From an uncultured Candidatus Saccharibacteria bacterium (GTDB lineage: Bacteria > Patescibacteriota > Minisyncoccia > Phycocordibacterales > UBA2100): a stretch of DNA of 64,000 nucleotides. Position 1 is the stretch's first letter, and every line of letters begins with the position of its first letter. The stretch spans positions 1,546 to 65,545 of the forward strand of contig CAZUVH010000005.1 in assembly GCA_964623775.1 (NCBI GenBank). Direction: 5' to 3'. The position numbers and the translations under genes were made by a program. Positions 17,316 through 26,305 of this stretch are shown here, in pieces. The notes below the pieces were generated by a model. The model did not search any database. It was not told the DNA's origin and saw only the letters and a list, made by a program, of their open reading frames with translations.

Positions 17316-18812
17316 ATGGAAAAAACCGAAACACAATCAATGGAGCGACCCCCTATTGTGGTCATCATGGGCCACGTCGATCACGGTAAATCGACACTTC
17401 TCGATTTTATCCGCAAATCCAATATCGTTGCCGGCGAAGCGGGTGGTATCACGCAGCATGTCGCCGCATATGAAGTGGAGCGTGAGCGCGAAGGCAAGAC
17501 GAAACGCATCACCTTTATCGACACGCCCGGCCATGCCGCATTCGGGGCCATTCGCGCGCGTGGTGCCAATGTCGCCGACATCGCAGTACTCGTCGTCGCG
17601 GCTGATGATGGTGTAAAAGCGCAGACACTCGAAGCGCTCCAGCAAATCCGCGAATCAAACATCCCCTTCATCGTCGCGATCAACAAAATCGACAAGCCCA
17701 ATGCCGATATCAATCGCACGCAGGCGAGCCTTATGGAAAAAGAAGTCTTTCTCGAAAAGCTCGGCGGCGACACGCCGTGGGCCGCTATTTCAGCAAAGCA
17801 GGGCACCGGTGTCGATGAACTGCTCGATCTGATACTTATCGTCGCGGAACTAAATGAATACAAAGCTAATCCCGAAGTGCCCGCGAGCGGGTTCGTGATC
17901 GAGGCGCACCGTGATCAAAAGCGTGGCATCGCCGCGACACTCATCATCACCAACGGCACTTTGAAAAGCGGCATGGCAGTCCTTGCTGGCCGCGCAATCT
18001 CGCCCGTACGTATCATGGAAGATCATCGCGGCAAGACACTCAAGGAGGCCACCTTTTCTACCCCCGTGCAGCTCATCGGCTTCGACGTATTGCCGGATGT
18101 GGGTGCAGAGTTCAAATCGTTCAAAAAGAAGGGTGAGGCAGAGGCTGCCCGCCCTGCCCGACAAAAGGCACCTGACCTTGCAGTGGTCGACGAAAATAGC
18201 GAGCAGTTCGCGATGCCGGTCATCGTACGTGCTGATACACAAGGCTCGCTTGATGCTATCGAGCACGAGCTCGTAAAAATCGGCGACGAGCATACGCGCG
18301 TCTCGATCGTGCAATCCGGCCTTGGCGACGTCACTGAGGGCGACGCGAAAGCCGCGATGGCCGGAAAAAATCAGGCGGTGATTGTGGGCTTCAATGTCGG
18401 CATCGACCCAATCGCGCAAGATTATGTGCGTCAGCAAGGTATCCGCGTAGATTTTTTCGATATCATCTACAAAATGACGGAAAAATTGCAGGAAGTGCTC
18501 GAAGAAGCAACACCGAAGCGCGAGGTCGAGGAGGTCGTCGGACGCGTCAAAGTGCTGAAGCTTTTCTCGGAGCGTAAAGACGAGCGCACAATAGGTGCTC
18601 GTGCCGAAGAGGGTTACCTAACGAGAAAGGCGCTCGTGCGTATCATACGCCGCGGCACCGAAGTCGGTATGGGCAGGATCACGAATATCCAGGCCAACAA
18701 GCAGGACACTGGTCGCGTCGACGCCGTGACCGAATTCGGTGCGCAGATCGCCACCGACTTTGAAGTCGCGCCGGGCGATATACTGGAACATATCGTAACA
18801 ACGATGAAATAA
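17316..18812 (+). CDS. infB: translation initiation factor IF-2 (short form)
   Basis: RPPIVVIMGHVDHGKS, GGITQH, DTPGH, NKID. Confidence 0.96.
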   Translation: MEKTETQSMERPPIVVIMGHVDHGKSTLLDFIRKSNIVAGEAGGITQHVAAYEVEREREGKTKRITFIDTPGHAAFGAIRARGANVADIAVLVVAADDGVKAQTLEALQQIRESNIPFIVAINKIDKPNADINRTQASLMEKEVFLEKLGGDTPWAAISAKQGTGVDELLDLILIVAELNEYKANPEVPASGFVIEAHRDQKRGIAATLIITNGTLKSGMAVLAGRAISPVRIMEDHRGKTLKEATFSTPVQLIGFDVLPDVGAEFKSFKKKGEAEAARPARQKAPDLAVVDENSEQFAMPVIVRADTQGSLDAIEHELVKIGDEHTRVSIVQSGLGDVTEGDAKAAMAGKNQAVIVGFNVGIDPIAQDYVRQQGIRVDFFDIIYKMTEKLQEVLEEATPKREVEEVVGRVKVLKLFSERKDERTIGARAEEGYLTRKALVRIIRRGTEVGMGRITNIQANKQDTGRVDAVTEFGAQIATDFEVAPGDILEHIVTTMK

Positions 18813-18816
18813 TTGT

Positions 18817-19143
18817 ATGGGCGACGAACATCGATCAATCAAAATAGCCGAAGAGATACAGCACCAGGCGGCAGACTTCTTTGCGCACGAAGCCAATCGC
18901 AACACTCTTATCACAATTACGCGCACCCAGCTCTCACCTAATCAGCGCGACATTACGATTTACTTTTCTGTGCTTCCAGCAGCTGAGGAGCAGCGCGCGC
19001 ACAGTTTTATAGAGAGAAAGCGCAATGACTTCATCATATATTTGCGCAGGCACACAAAAATCGGCATTTTGCCGAAAGTGTCATTTGAAATCGATTTTGG
19101 CGAAAAAAACCGCCAACGCATCGACGACCTGACTCGTAGCTAA
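18817..19143 (+). CDS. rbfA: ribosome-binding factor A
   Basis: Follows infB; ITITR..LSP, P.V.FEID. Confidence 0.85.
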   Translation: MGDEHRSIKIAEEIQHQAADFFAHEANRNTLITITRTQLSPNQRDITIYFSVLPAAEEQRAHSFIERKRNDFIIYLRRHTKIGILPKVSFEIDFGEKNRQRIDDLTRS

Positions 19144-19148
19144 AAGAT

Positions 19149-19177
19149 TTGACATAATTTCTTTTCAATTATATAAT
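19149..19177 (+). promoter_or_regulatory. consensus sigma70 promoter
   Basis: TTGACA-17 nt-TATAAT. Confidence 0.85.
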
Positions 19178-19206
19178 ATTCCTAGCGTTCGCAAAGGGAG
19201 CTGTCG

Positions 19207-19521
19207 ATGACAGAAGCAAGTGAAGTAGAGGCCTTGAAATCCAGGGTTGCCAGTGCTCTCAAGGTCGCGGAGTCGTTCGGAGCGTTCGACGGCGCCCACC
19301 ACAAGATGTGGGTGATCGACCAGATGGTCCGCACACTGACAGGCTGTCCCTTTGTTCAGAAAGAACGGCCGTATCGCGAGCACGGTGATCGTGGAAAGGA
19401 ACTTACCCACAAATACTCTACGCTTGGCGAGTCGCCCGAATATCTCGCTTTCGTCGCGAAGTTTGACGAAGACGACGAGGGCGAAAAAAACAATGGCTGG
19501 GATGTAGGCGTAGCGCCCTAA
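19207..19521 (+). CDS. hypothetical protein
   Basis: Own promoter, GGGAG RBS and terminator; DGAHHKMWVIDQMVR and WD.G.AP motifs. Confidence 0.7.
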   Translation: MTEASEVEALKSRVASALKVAESFGAFDGAHHKMWVIDQMVRTLTGCPFVQKERPYREHGDRGKELTHKYSTLGESPEYLAFVAKFDEDDEGEKNNGWDVGVAP

Positions 19522-19630
19522 ACAAGGAGGTCTCAATTTGAGACCTCCTTTTTTTATCGGCACTGGGACTCGGTAAAAATCACGAACACATCAACCGTCT
19601 TACGCATAAATAGAGCTGTTGGACATTAAC

Positions 19631-19667
19631 TACATTATTCATACGCATATACGTACGTTTAATGTAG
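19631..19667. repeat. 37-bp palindromic direct repeat, copy A
   Basis: TACATTA-TTC-ATACGCAT-N9-TTTAATGTAG; 29/37 identical to 20233-20269. Confidence 0.8.
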
Positions 19668-19669
19668 AC

Positions 19670-20233
19670 CTATGCGAGTCCAAACGTGTCGAGAAGCAGT
19701 TTATCGTTCTCGATGGAATCCACTATCAGATACTGCATGTCTTTACCGACTCGTAACTCAGCTTTTAGCAACGCCACAAAGTCCTCGCAATTGTGCGGGT
19801 ACACCCAGACACTGTGTTGAAGTCGATGAAAACCGTGCGAAACGAGCGAATGGCGGAGCCTGTCTCTTAGTCCTTTCTTACTGTTGGGTACATCAAATAT
19901 CAGAAGGCGCCATTTACCATCCCATTTTTTGGGCCGCGCAAGAGAGCCGGATGAAAGTTGGAGTCGAAGCAGTTCCTTCTCCCCTTTGCGCGTAAGCATG
20001 AGGAAGCCATCCTTTCTCGCAATTAAGCCCTGCTGTATCATGCGATTACGAGCTACACGAATCGATTCATCACGACGGCCAATTCGAATGAATCCCAGCT
20101 TATCAAGCGCTCCAATAACATTCGGAACTACGACAGCAAGACTGAGGAGTCCTGCGACCTTCACCGATTCGAGCAACATGAATTTTATATTCGCGCGCCT
20201 TGCTCTTTGTCTACTTTTCTCCTCGAGACTCAT
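19670..20233 (-). CDS. PaaX-like protein (wHTH plus Cas2-like ferredoxin-fold domain)
   Basis: LTRKG wHTH wing; WDGKWRLLIFDVP...RDRLR..L...GF..LQHSVWVYP. Confidence 0.85.
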   Translation of the reverse strand: MSLEEKSRQRARRANIKFMLLESVKVAGLLSLAVVVPNVIGALDKLGFIRIGRRDESIRVARNRMIQQGLIARKDGFLMLTRKGEKELLRLQLSSGSLARPKKWDGKWRLLIFDVPNSKKGLRDRLRHSLVSHGFHRLQHSVWVYPHNCEDFVALLKAELRVGKDMQYLIVDSIENDKLLLDTFGLA

Positions 20234-20269
20234 ACATTAATTATACGCATGTGCTTTGTTTTAATGTAG
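20233..20269. repeat. 37-bp palindromic direct repeat, copy B
   Basis: TACATTA-ATT-ATACGCAT-N9-TTTAATGTAG. Confidence 0.8.
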
Positions 20270-20322
20270 TCATGTCTGTGGTCTAATCAATGGGGCAATT
20301 CGGTGGTATATTGTTCGCAATC

Positions 20323-20395
20323 GGCCACATGGCGAAGTAGCAACGCGGCGGTCTGCAAAACCGCTACTGGGTGGGTGCAACTCCCACTGTGGCCT
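20323..20395 (+). tRNA. tRNA-Cys(GCA)
   Basis: GGCCACA...GCGGT-CTGCAAA-ACCGC...TGTGGCCT; variant T-loop GTGCAAC. Confidence 0.92.
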
Positions 20396-20419
20396 CAAGT
20401 CAGTTATAGTAGTGCTAAA

Positions 20420-20502
20420 GCCGGGGTGGCGGAATGGTTTACGCAGAAGACTTAAAATCTTTGACCAGCAATGGTTTGTGGGTTCGAGTCCCACCCCCGG
20501 CA
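20420..20502 (+). tRNA. tRNA-Leu(TAA)
   Basis: GCCGGGGTGGCGGAATGG...AAGA-CTTAAAA-TCTT...GTTCGAGTCCCACCCCCGGCA. Confidence 0.95.
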
Positions 20503-20561
20503 CAGATTGAGCGGAGCGAAAGTTGAGCTGGGGAGCACAGCGTCTGCGCGCTGTGCGTGAC

Positions 20562-20583
20562 CGAGTCCCACCCCCCGCACAGA
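20562..20583 (+). repeat. duplicated 3' end of tRNA-Leu(TAA) (att-like)
   Basis: CGAGTCCCACCCCCCGCACAGA, 21/22 identical to 20485-20506. Confidence 0.85.
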
Positions 20584-20590
20584 GCTCAAA

Positions 20591-21643
20591 TTACAGTTGT
20601 CGCGCTGACCTGCGAAGCGGGAGCGTGAAGTAGAGCGTTGTTGAGGGATTTCTCCCCGCGCGTGACTCCACTTTGATCTTCCCTTTATGCGCCTTGATTA
20701 TTTGGGATGCAAAATAGAGTCCGAGTCCGCGCTCATCCACCGTATCGCCAATTTCGGGCTGCATAAACATTTGCTCAAGATCCTTTTTTGCGACACGCGG
20801 ACCACGACTGGTCACCGACACGACAGCGCACCCGTCACGACTCTCGACGGTGACATCAACCACTGAGTCCGGCTCCCCATGCGAGAGGGCACTCTCAAGG
20901 AGGCGCATAATCACCTGCCGAATGCGTGGAGCATCAATATAGACGAAACGATCAAGTGTATCGTGCACGCGAATCAGACGCCTCTCCCACGCATTACTGA
21001 CGGTGGTCGAAGTGCTTTTTACAAGCTTGCCGAGATCCGTCACCGCGAGAGAGACGTCGGTCACTCCTTTTTCGTAGGAGCGAATATCCACGAGCGTATC
21101 TGAAAGGCCTCTCAATTTGGCGGTCTCTTCGCGCAATTCCATAGTCTCTGGCCCGCGTTTCCCTGCTCCGAGCGTCAGGAGCTCGCCGAGCACTGCTACT
21201 GAAGCGAGCGGCGTGCGCATATCGCGTGCGGCCATTTTAATAAATGCCGATCGATACTGCTGTACCTTTTTACTCTTGGTTACATCATCAAATATTTGCA
21301 CGTAAAGAATTCGGGAGCGCACCTTTATCGGGTATGTCGTCGTCCGGATATTGAAGAAGCGTCCGTTTTTCTTTCGATTAATTATTTCCTCCGAAATAAA
21401 CGGTTTCATTTTTTTAAGATGACTCCACATCAGTCGATATACCCGCTGCGGCGTTTTTCCGCTTTGCAGTATCCGCGGATTTTTCCCTTTTACTTCGCGG
21501 AAAGAATATCCAGTGATCTTTTCCCATGCGGGATTCACATACACTATTTCCGCCCTATCATCCGTCATCAGCGTGGGCCTCGGAGAGAGGTCGGCAAGTA
21601 TGCGAAAAGCGGCCACATCTTCATTTTGTTCAGACGTTTTCAT
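20591..21643 (-). CDS. PAS-domain sensor histidine-kinase-like protein (degenerate H and N boxes)
   Basis: YVNPAW..ITGY...EVKGKNPRIL PAS domain; AARDMRTPL H-box lacks His; GLGL G2 box retained. Confidence 0.8.
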   Translation of the reverse strand: MKTSEQNEDVAAFRILADLSPRPTLMTDDRAEIVYVNPAWEKITGYSFREVKGKNPRILQSGKTPQRVYRLMWSHLKKMKPFISEEIINRKKNGRFFNIRTTTYPIKVRSRILYVQIFDDVTKSKKVQQYRSAFIKMAARDMRTPLASVAVLGELLTLGAGKRGPETMELREETAKLRGLSDTLVDIRSYEKGVTDVSLAVTDLGKLVKSTSTTVSNAWERRLIRVHDTLDRFVYIDAPRIRQVIMRLLESALSHGEPDSVVDVTVESRDGCAVVSVTSRGPRVAKKDLEQMFMQPEIGDTVDERGLGLYFASQIIKAHKGKIKVESRAGRNPSTTLYFTLPLRRSARQL

Positions 21644-21734
21644 GTTTCCTTTGGTCATATATCCACAGATGCTGTCAACATACAGTATCGCTGGCGGCTT
21701 GCCACCAGTCTACATGAAATGTTCTAATGAGATC

Positions 21735-22970
21735 ATGAATTTTATATCCGATCTTTGGTCGCTCGCTTACTATTTTATTGTTCAGGGTTTCGGGCTCGTT
21801 CTTGCCGGCGCTGCTGCCGTCATTTTTCTTTATCTCGTGCTCCGCAAGCATCACTCGCTCCAAAATACGCTACTTCTCAGCGCTTTTTTCGTGGGCGTCA
21901 TGCTCTTCTTCTGGTTCCCCGTCGGCGTACCGCGTAATCTGGCATACCCATTCGGCATCACCACCTACGGTCCGGCCGACGGCCCCATGCTCCCGATCAA
22001 AAACGTATTTACGTTTTTTGCAAATTTGGGCGATTTTGAGCGCGTCAAAGATATTGCGCGCGATCCGCGCGACGTACCACCACCTATTACACGCACGGCA
22101 CCTTCCGAGGTCGAGATCACTATCACTACAAAAGAGGTTCTCTCTGAAATTGCCCCTGGTGTCGTCGTAAATTACTGGACATTTGACGGTACGGTACCGG
22201 GGCCCTTCCTGCGCGTACGCGAAGGCGATACCGTACACCTGACACTCAAAAACGACCCGTCGAGCCTCCACATGCATTCGATCGATTTGCATGCAGTGAC
22301 AGGCCCTGGTGGTGGCGCTACCGTCACCGACATCAAGCCGGGCGAGAGCAAGACGATGAAGTTCAAGGCTCTCAATCCCGGACTCTACGTATATCACTGT
22401 GCGCACCCCAACGTCGCCAATCACATGGCGCACGGTATGTATGGCCTCATTCTCGTGGAACCGAAAGAGGGCCTGCCGAAAGTCGATAAGGAGCTCTACG
22501 TGATGCAGGGCGAATTCTATACAGCAAGCCGCGGCAAGAAAGGTCTGCAAGTGATTGACTCAGGGACAATGCTCGATGGCAATCCGTCGTTTGTCGTATT
22601 CAACGGCCGCGTCGGCGCGATCTCCAAAGACAGGCTTTCGGTCAACCAGGATGAAAAGGTGCGCATGTACGTGGGCAACGGCGGAGTAAATCTGATCTCG
22701 TCGTTCCACGTGATCGGCGAAATATTCGACACCGTGTACCCAGAAGCGCAAATGGGCGGAGCCAACTTCCACAATGTACAGACCACGATCGTACCCGCTG
22801 GCGGTGCAGCAATTGTTGAATTTACTCCGGAAGTACCGGGTAATTACATTCTCGTCGATCACGCGCTCGCACGCCTCGACAAGGGCGCCTGGGGCACCAT
22901 GAGCGTAACCGGTGAGCAACGACCTGATATATTCTTCGGCGATCCTTCGGGTGGCGGCAGCGGTCACTAG
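21735..22970 (+). CDS. nirK: copper-containing nitrite reductase with two N-terminal TM helices
   Basis: HSIDLH, YHCA...HMAHGMYG, SSFHVIG and LVDH Cu-ligand motifs (AniA-type). Confidence 0.93.
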   Translation: MNFISDLWSLAYYFIVQGFGLVLAGAAAVIFLYLVLRKHHSLQNTLLLSAFFVGVMLFFWFPVGVPRNLAYPFGITTYGPADGPMLPIKNVFTFFANLGDFERVKDIARDPRDVPPPITRTAPSEVEITITTKEVLSEIAPGVVVNYWTFDGTVPGPFLRVREGDTVHLTLKNDPSSLHMHSIDLHAVTGPGGGATVTDIKPGESKTMKFKALNPGLYVYHCAHPNVANHMAHGMYGLILVEPKEGLPKVDKELYVMQGEFYTASRGKKGLQVIDSGTMLDGNPSFVVFNGRVGAISKDRLSVNQDEKVRMYVGNGGVNLISSFHVIGEIFDTVYPEAQMGGANFHNVQTTIVPAGGAAIVEFTPEVPGNYILVDHALARLDKGAWGTMSVTGEQRPDIFFGDPSGGGSGH

Positions 22971-23037
22971 GAAAAGTTTGCGTGACGCCTTTTGTGGTGT
23001 TAAAGTCCTGCCGGATCAAAATAGGAGGATTACTTCG

Positions 23038-23583
23038 ATGAGTGAACGAATTGAGATGCCACTGCCGCGGGATAAGATGGGCAGATGGGAGATTTGCCAT
23101 CTTGTACCGAAAGCAGCGGGCCGTCCCCACACCTACGAATTTATCGATTATCTCGCCACACAATTCGAGGTGGACGTAACGACTCCGGAAAATTTTTTAC
23201 TTCAAGTTGAGCTCGCATTTGGAGACCTCGGGAGAGGGACTGATGCATTCTCGGGTGCACCGATCCGGCACGAGGCAGTTGATCGCGTCCCCACAGTCGA
23301 GAGGTACGTGCGAATGGATCTCCCTGCGATCATTGATGTACTTTTTTCTCCCGAATATGCGGCGGCCATTAAAAAATGCCAAGAGGAAGTCCTCGCCGAG
23401 GCCAAGAGACTCGAGCCGATATTCAGCGTTGCAAAAAGACGAGAGCAGGAACAAATGGTCGATGCCCACCTGGAGTCGATCAATACTCCAAAGGGGCCAT
23501 CGAGACCCCTCACTGCCGCTCTTTCGAAGCCACGCAGACGAAAAGCGAAAAAGGTACGAAAGCGCACAAGGAAGAATAAGTGA
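23038..23583 (+). CDS. hypothetical protein with a basic C-terminal tail
   Basis: AGGAGG RBS; downstream terminator. Confidence 0.6.
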   Translation: MSERIEMPLPRDKMGRWEICHLVPKAAGRPHTYEFIDYLATQFEVDVTTPENFLLQVELAFGDLGRGTDAFSGAPIRHEAVDRVPTVERYVRMDLPAIIDVLFSPEYAAAIKKCQEEVLAEAKRLEPIFSVAKRREQEQMVDAHLESINTPKGPSRPLTAALSKPRRRKAKKVRKRTRKNK

Positions 23584-23657
23584 TCTCAAGCGCCACCCCA
23601 TACGGGTGGCGTTTCTTTTTTGGAATGGTAGCGTTGACTCAGAAAAAGGAGTCTCAG

Positions 23658-24449
23658 ATGATAGTACGTGAGCTGAATAAATACTTGCGGTCACTCGTCG
23701 ACCTCCCATCGATCGGTGTCTGCCGTAGCGTTGATCGCATCATTGTCGGCAATTCGGAAATGGAAATCACCAAGGTCGGCGTGTGTTGGATGCCATACCT
23801 GTCGACACTGCGCAGGGCTCATGAGCTCGGTATCAATACACTCGTCGTGCATGAACCGACCTTTTACGAACACTGGGAAACCTCGCCACCCGCCCTCGCC
23901 GCAGAACGCGCCGAAAAGATGAAATTCATCTCAGAGTCTGGTATCGCGATCATCAGATGCCATGATGTGCTCGACGCGATCCCTGATTGGGGAGTTCCCT
24001 TCTCGCTCGGTAAGGCGCTCGGATTTACCAACGCAGACATTGTCCGTTCGCGTCGATATTTCAACGTCTACGGATTAAAGCAGCCGCTTCGGGCATACAC
24101 GGTGGCGTATCGGCTCGCAAAAAAGCTGCGTATTTTTGGGCAAAGGTATTCTCACTTCGCAGGAGACCCGGATCGTATCATCGAAAGCGTCGGTGTCGGG
24201 ACGGGCTACAACTGCGACCCGATCGAATACAAAGACATGGATGCAGGCCTGTACATTGCTATCAGCGATCGCGCGATGTCGTGGATCCAACCAGTCGCCG
24301 CGCAGGATTTCGGACAACCGCTCCTTGTCATCGAGCACGGCGTGAGCGAGGAGCCAGGAGTCATCGCACTCTACGAGCATCTTCGTGAGCGATTCAAAGA
24401 CATTGAATTCACTCACTTTGCCCAAGGCCATTCATATGCCTGGGTATGA
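23658..24449 (+). CDS. Nif3-like dinuclear metal-centre protein
   Basis: D.II.G, VVHEPTFY, RCHD..D and EHGVSEEPG. Confidence 0.85.
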   Translation: MIVRELNKYLRSLVDLPSIGVCRSVDRIIVGNSEMEITKVGVCWMPYLSTLRRAHELGINTLVVHEPTFYEHWETSPPALAAERAEKMKFISESGIAIIRCHDVLDAIPDWGVPFSLGKALGFTNADIVRSRRYFNVYGLKQPLRAYTVAYRLAKKLRIFGQRYSHFAGDPDRIIESVGVGTGYNCDPIEYKDMDAGLYIAISDRAMSWIQPVAAQDFGQPLLVIEHGVSEEPGVIALYEHLRERFKDIEFTHFAQGHSYAWV

Positions 24450-24539
24450 AATTCGGCGCCGACCTTGAGGTCGGCGCTTTCTGTATTACAGGACCAGACT
24501 CTTTAAAAATCCTGATTTTGCGGTAATATCCTAAGTAAT

Positions 24540-24612
24540 CCGCCCTTAGCTCAGCTGGTAGAGCAGATCCCTCTTAAGGATAAGGTCGAAGGTTCGATCC
24601 CTTCAGGGCGGA
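24540..24612 (+). tRNA. tRNA-Lys(CTT)
   Basis: CCGCCCTTAGCTCAGCTGGTAGAGC...ATCC-CTCTTAA-GGAT...GTTCGATCC...AGGGCGGA. Confidence 0.93.
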
Positions 24613-24845
24613 CATGAATGAAAAAGAGTGCCTGCGCACTCTTTTTCTTTACATGTCCGAGCCGGAGCGATGTTCCACAAGCTTGCGGGACCGCGAGGAG
24701 GGGTCGCGGCCGAGGCGAGTGGCGACGAGCCGAGAGCCGTGACGACAGGTCCGAGGCGGAGCGTTGTGAGGCCAGCAGGCCGAACCGCGAGCCGTGGTCA
24801 GAAAATTTTTGCCGCGACGGCGGGCAAAATATCCGTGAGGGCACG
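24610..24845 (+). other. tRNA-3'-linked structured element (shares a motif with the element after tRNA-Glu)
   Basis: Hairpin GGACATG...CATGTCC, then GCCGGAGCGATGT and CTTGCGGGACCGCGAG, then GC-rich hairpins. Confidence 0.55.
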
Positions 24846-24882
24846 TAAAGAAAAACCCCGCCTGTAAAGACGGGGCTTGGGG

Positions 24883-26175
24883 TTACACACACCGACGAAT
24901 GTACGGTGCATTGATTGCCCACAACTCATCGAGAATCTTGCGCGCGGCATCCATATCATCGACCACCGGGTCGACAAAGAGTGCCTGGAGCGCGAGTTCT
25001 TTGGAGCCGTGCACGGCGGCCTCGACTGCAAGCTGCTGATTACTGACAGCAGGAAGAAGCAATTTTGCGCATGCGTCCGGCAAAGTGCTGTTGAACGGAT
25101 ACGGATTGAAGCCCGTTGCATTCGGCAAAAGTGGTACTTCTACAGCCGCTTCGCGCGGTAGATTCGGCACAAATCCCGGACCGTTGTACACGACGCCGGA
25201 TTCTACGAGTTCATGCCGATTGTGCATGATGCCCGCGATGATGGGCGCGGCTTTTTCGCCCGTCGGCCGTTCGAGCCACGTCGCCGCATACGCAGCGTCC
25301 TCACTCGCGTGCTTGAGATACTTCGCGTATTTTTTCCGGTCACGTTCGTCTCTCCGGTAATCGTACCCGCTCCGACACCCTTCGCCTTGCCAGCCGTACG
25401 GAAGATATTCTCCCGTATGACTGTCGCCGCACGTGGGCCAATAGCCGAAGGTACGAAACAGCTCGCGCACGAGCCTCTGACGCGTGGGATCAAACGCGCG
25501 TTCCTTTTCTCGAAGCAGTGGATAGAGATCTTCACCTGTACCCTTGCGTGTAATGCTCAAGAGCCACTGAAAGTGGTTGATGCCCGCACCGTGTACCGCA
25601 ATCTCTTCGTCCGGTACGCCAGTGATTTCCGATATGAGCCAGCGGGAACCGAAAATACCGTGGCAGAGGCCAAGCGCCTTCACCTTTGTATATTTGCCGA
25701 GCGCACACACGATCCGCGATTCAGGATTCGAGAAGTTGATGAAATACGCACCTGCGGCCTGCCGCTCGATATCGCGAACAATATCAAACACCGCCGGTAT
25801 GGTCCGCATGGTAAAGAAGAGTCCGCCGGGACCGCCGTTTTCACCGAGTGACTGCCGTATGCCGTGTTTGCGCGGGACACGGAAATCGTGCTTCCATAAT
25901 TCGTTGCGATTGAGCGCGATCGAATTGATGACAAATTCTGCGCCGTCCAGTGCGAGGCGTCGATCGACCGTGTGCTCGATCCTCAGGCCTCGGCCTGTGT
26001 GGGCGTTCCAATGTCGCACCATCGCAGCCATTTGTTCAAGCTTCACTTTGTCCGTGTCGACAAGAGTGAGCGTGCTACCGCAAAAGTCGTCCGAGAAAAA
26101 AAAGTCCTTGAGCGACGGGCCGAAGCAGTTGCTCCCGACGCCGATCGCCACAATTTTCGTCCTTATATTCGCCAT
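24883..26175 (-). CDS. family 4 glycoside hydrolase (NAD+/Mn2+-dependent, alpha-galactosidase-like)
   Basis: IGVGS Rossmann loop, GENGGPGG, FSNP, GLCH and GINH. Confidence 0.9.
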   Translation of the reverse strand: MANIRTKIVAIGVGSNCFGPSLKDFFFSDDFCGSTLTLVDTDKVKLEQMAAMVRHWNAHTGRGLRIEHTVDRRLALDGAEFVINSIALNRNELWKHDFRVPRKHGIRQSLGENGGPGGLFFTMRTIPAVFDIVRDIERQAAGAYFINFSNPESRIVCALGKYTKVKALGLCHGIFGSRWLISEITGVPDEEIAVHGAGINHFQWLLSITRKGTGEDLYPLLREKERAFDPTRQRLVRELFRTFGYWPTCGDSHTGEYLPYGWQGEGCRSGYDYRRDERDRKKYAKYLKHASEDAAYAATWLERPTGEKAAPIIAGIMHNRHELVESGVVYNGPGFVPNLPREAAVEVPLLPNATGFNPYPFNSTLPDACAKLLLPAVSNQQLAVEAAVHGSKELALQALFVDPVVDDMDAARKILDELWAINAPYIRRCV

Positions 26176-26305
26176 GTTTTCCTCCAATGGCCACTGCACT
26201 TACTATAGCAGCAGTACATGCCAGAGGACACGGGGCGCTCGACAATCGCTACGAAGAGGCAATAATACACAGAGGAAATAGACGTAAACAAGAGAGGAGG
26301 CGCGG

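Noticed and set aside
19631-20269. CRISPR-Cas locus (Cas2-like ORF with 37-bp repeats)
   Set aside because: Only two repeats, 600 bp apart and enclosing a gene; no spacer array and no cas1 or effector genes. The protein fits the PaaX-like family.
24551-24922. ORFs overlapping tRNA-Lys and the downstream GC-rich element
   Set aside because: They overlap a tRNA and hairpin-rich DNA and have no RBS; better explained as non-coding.
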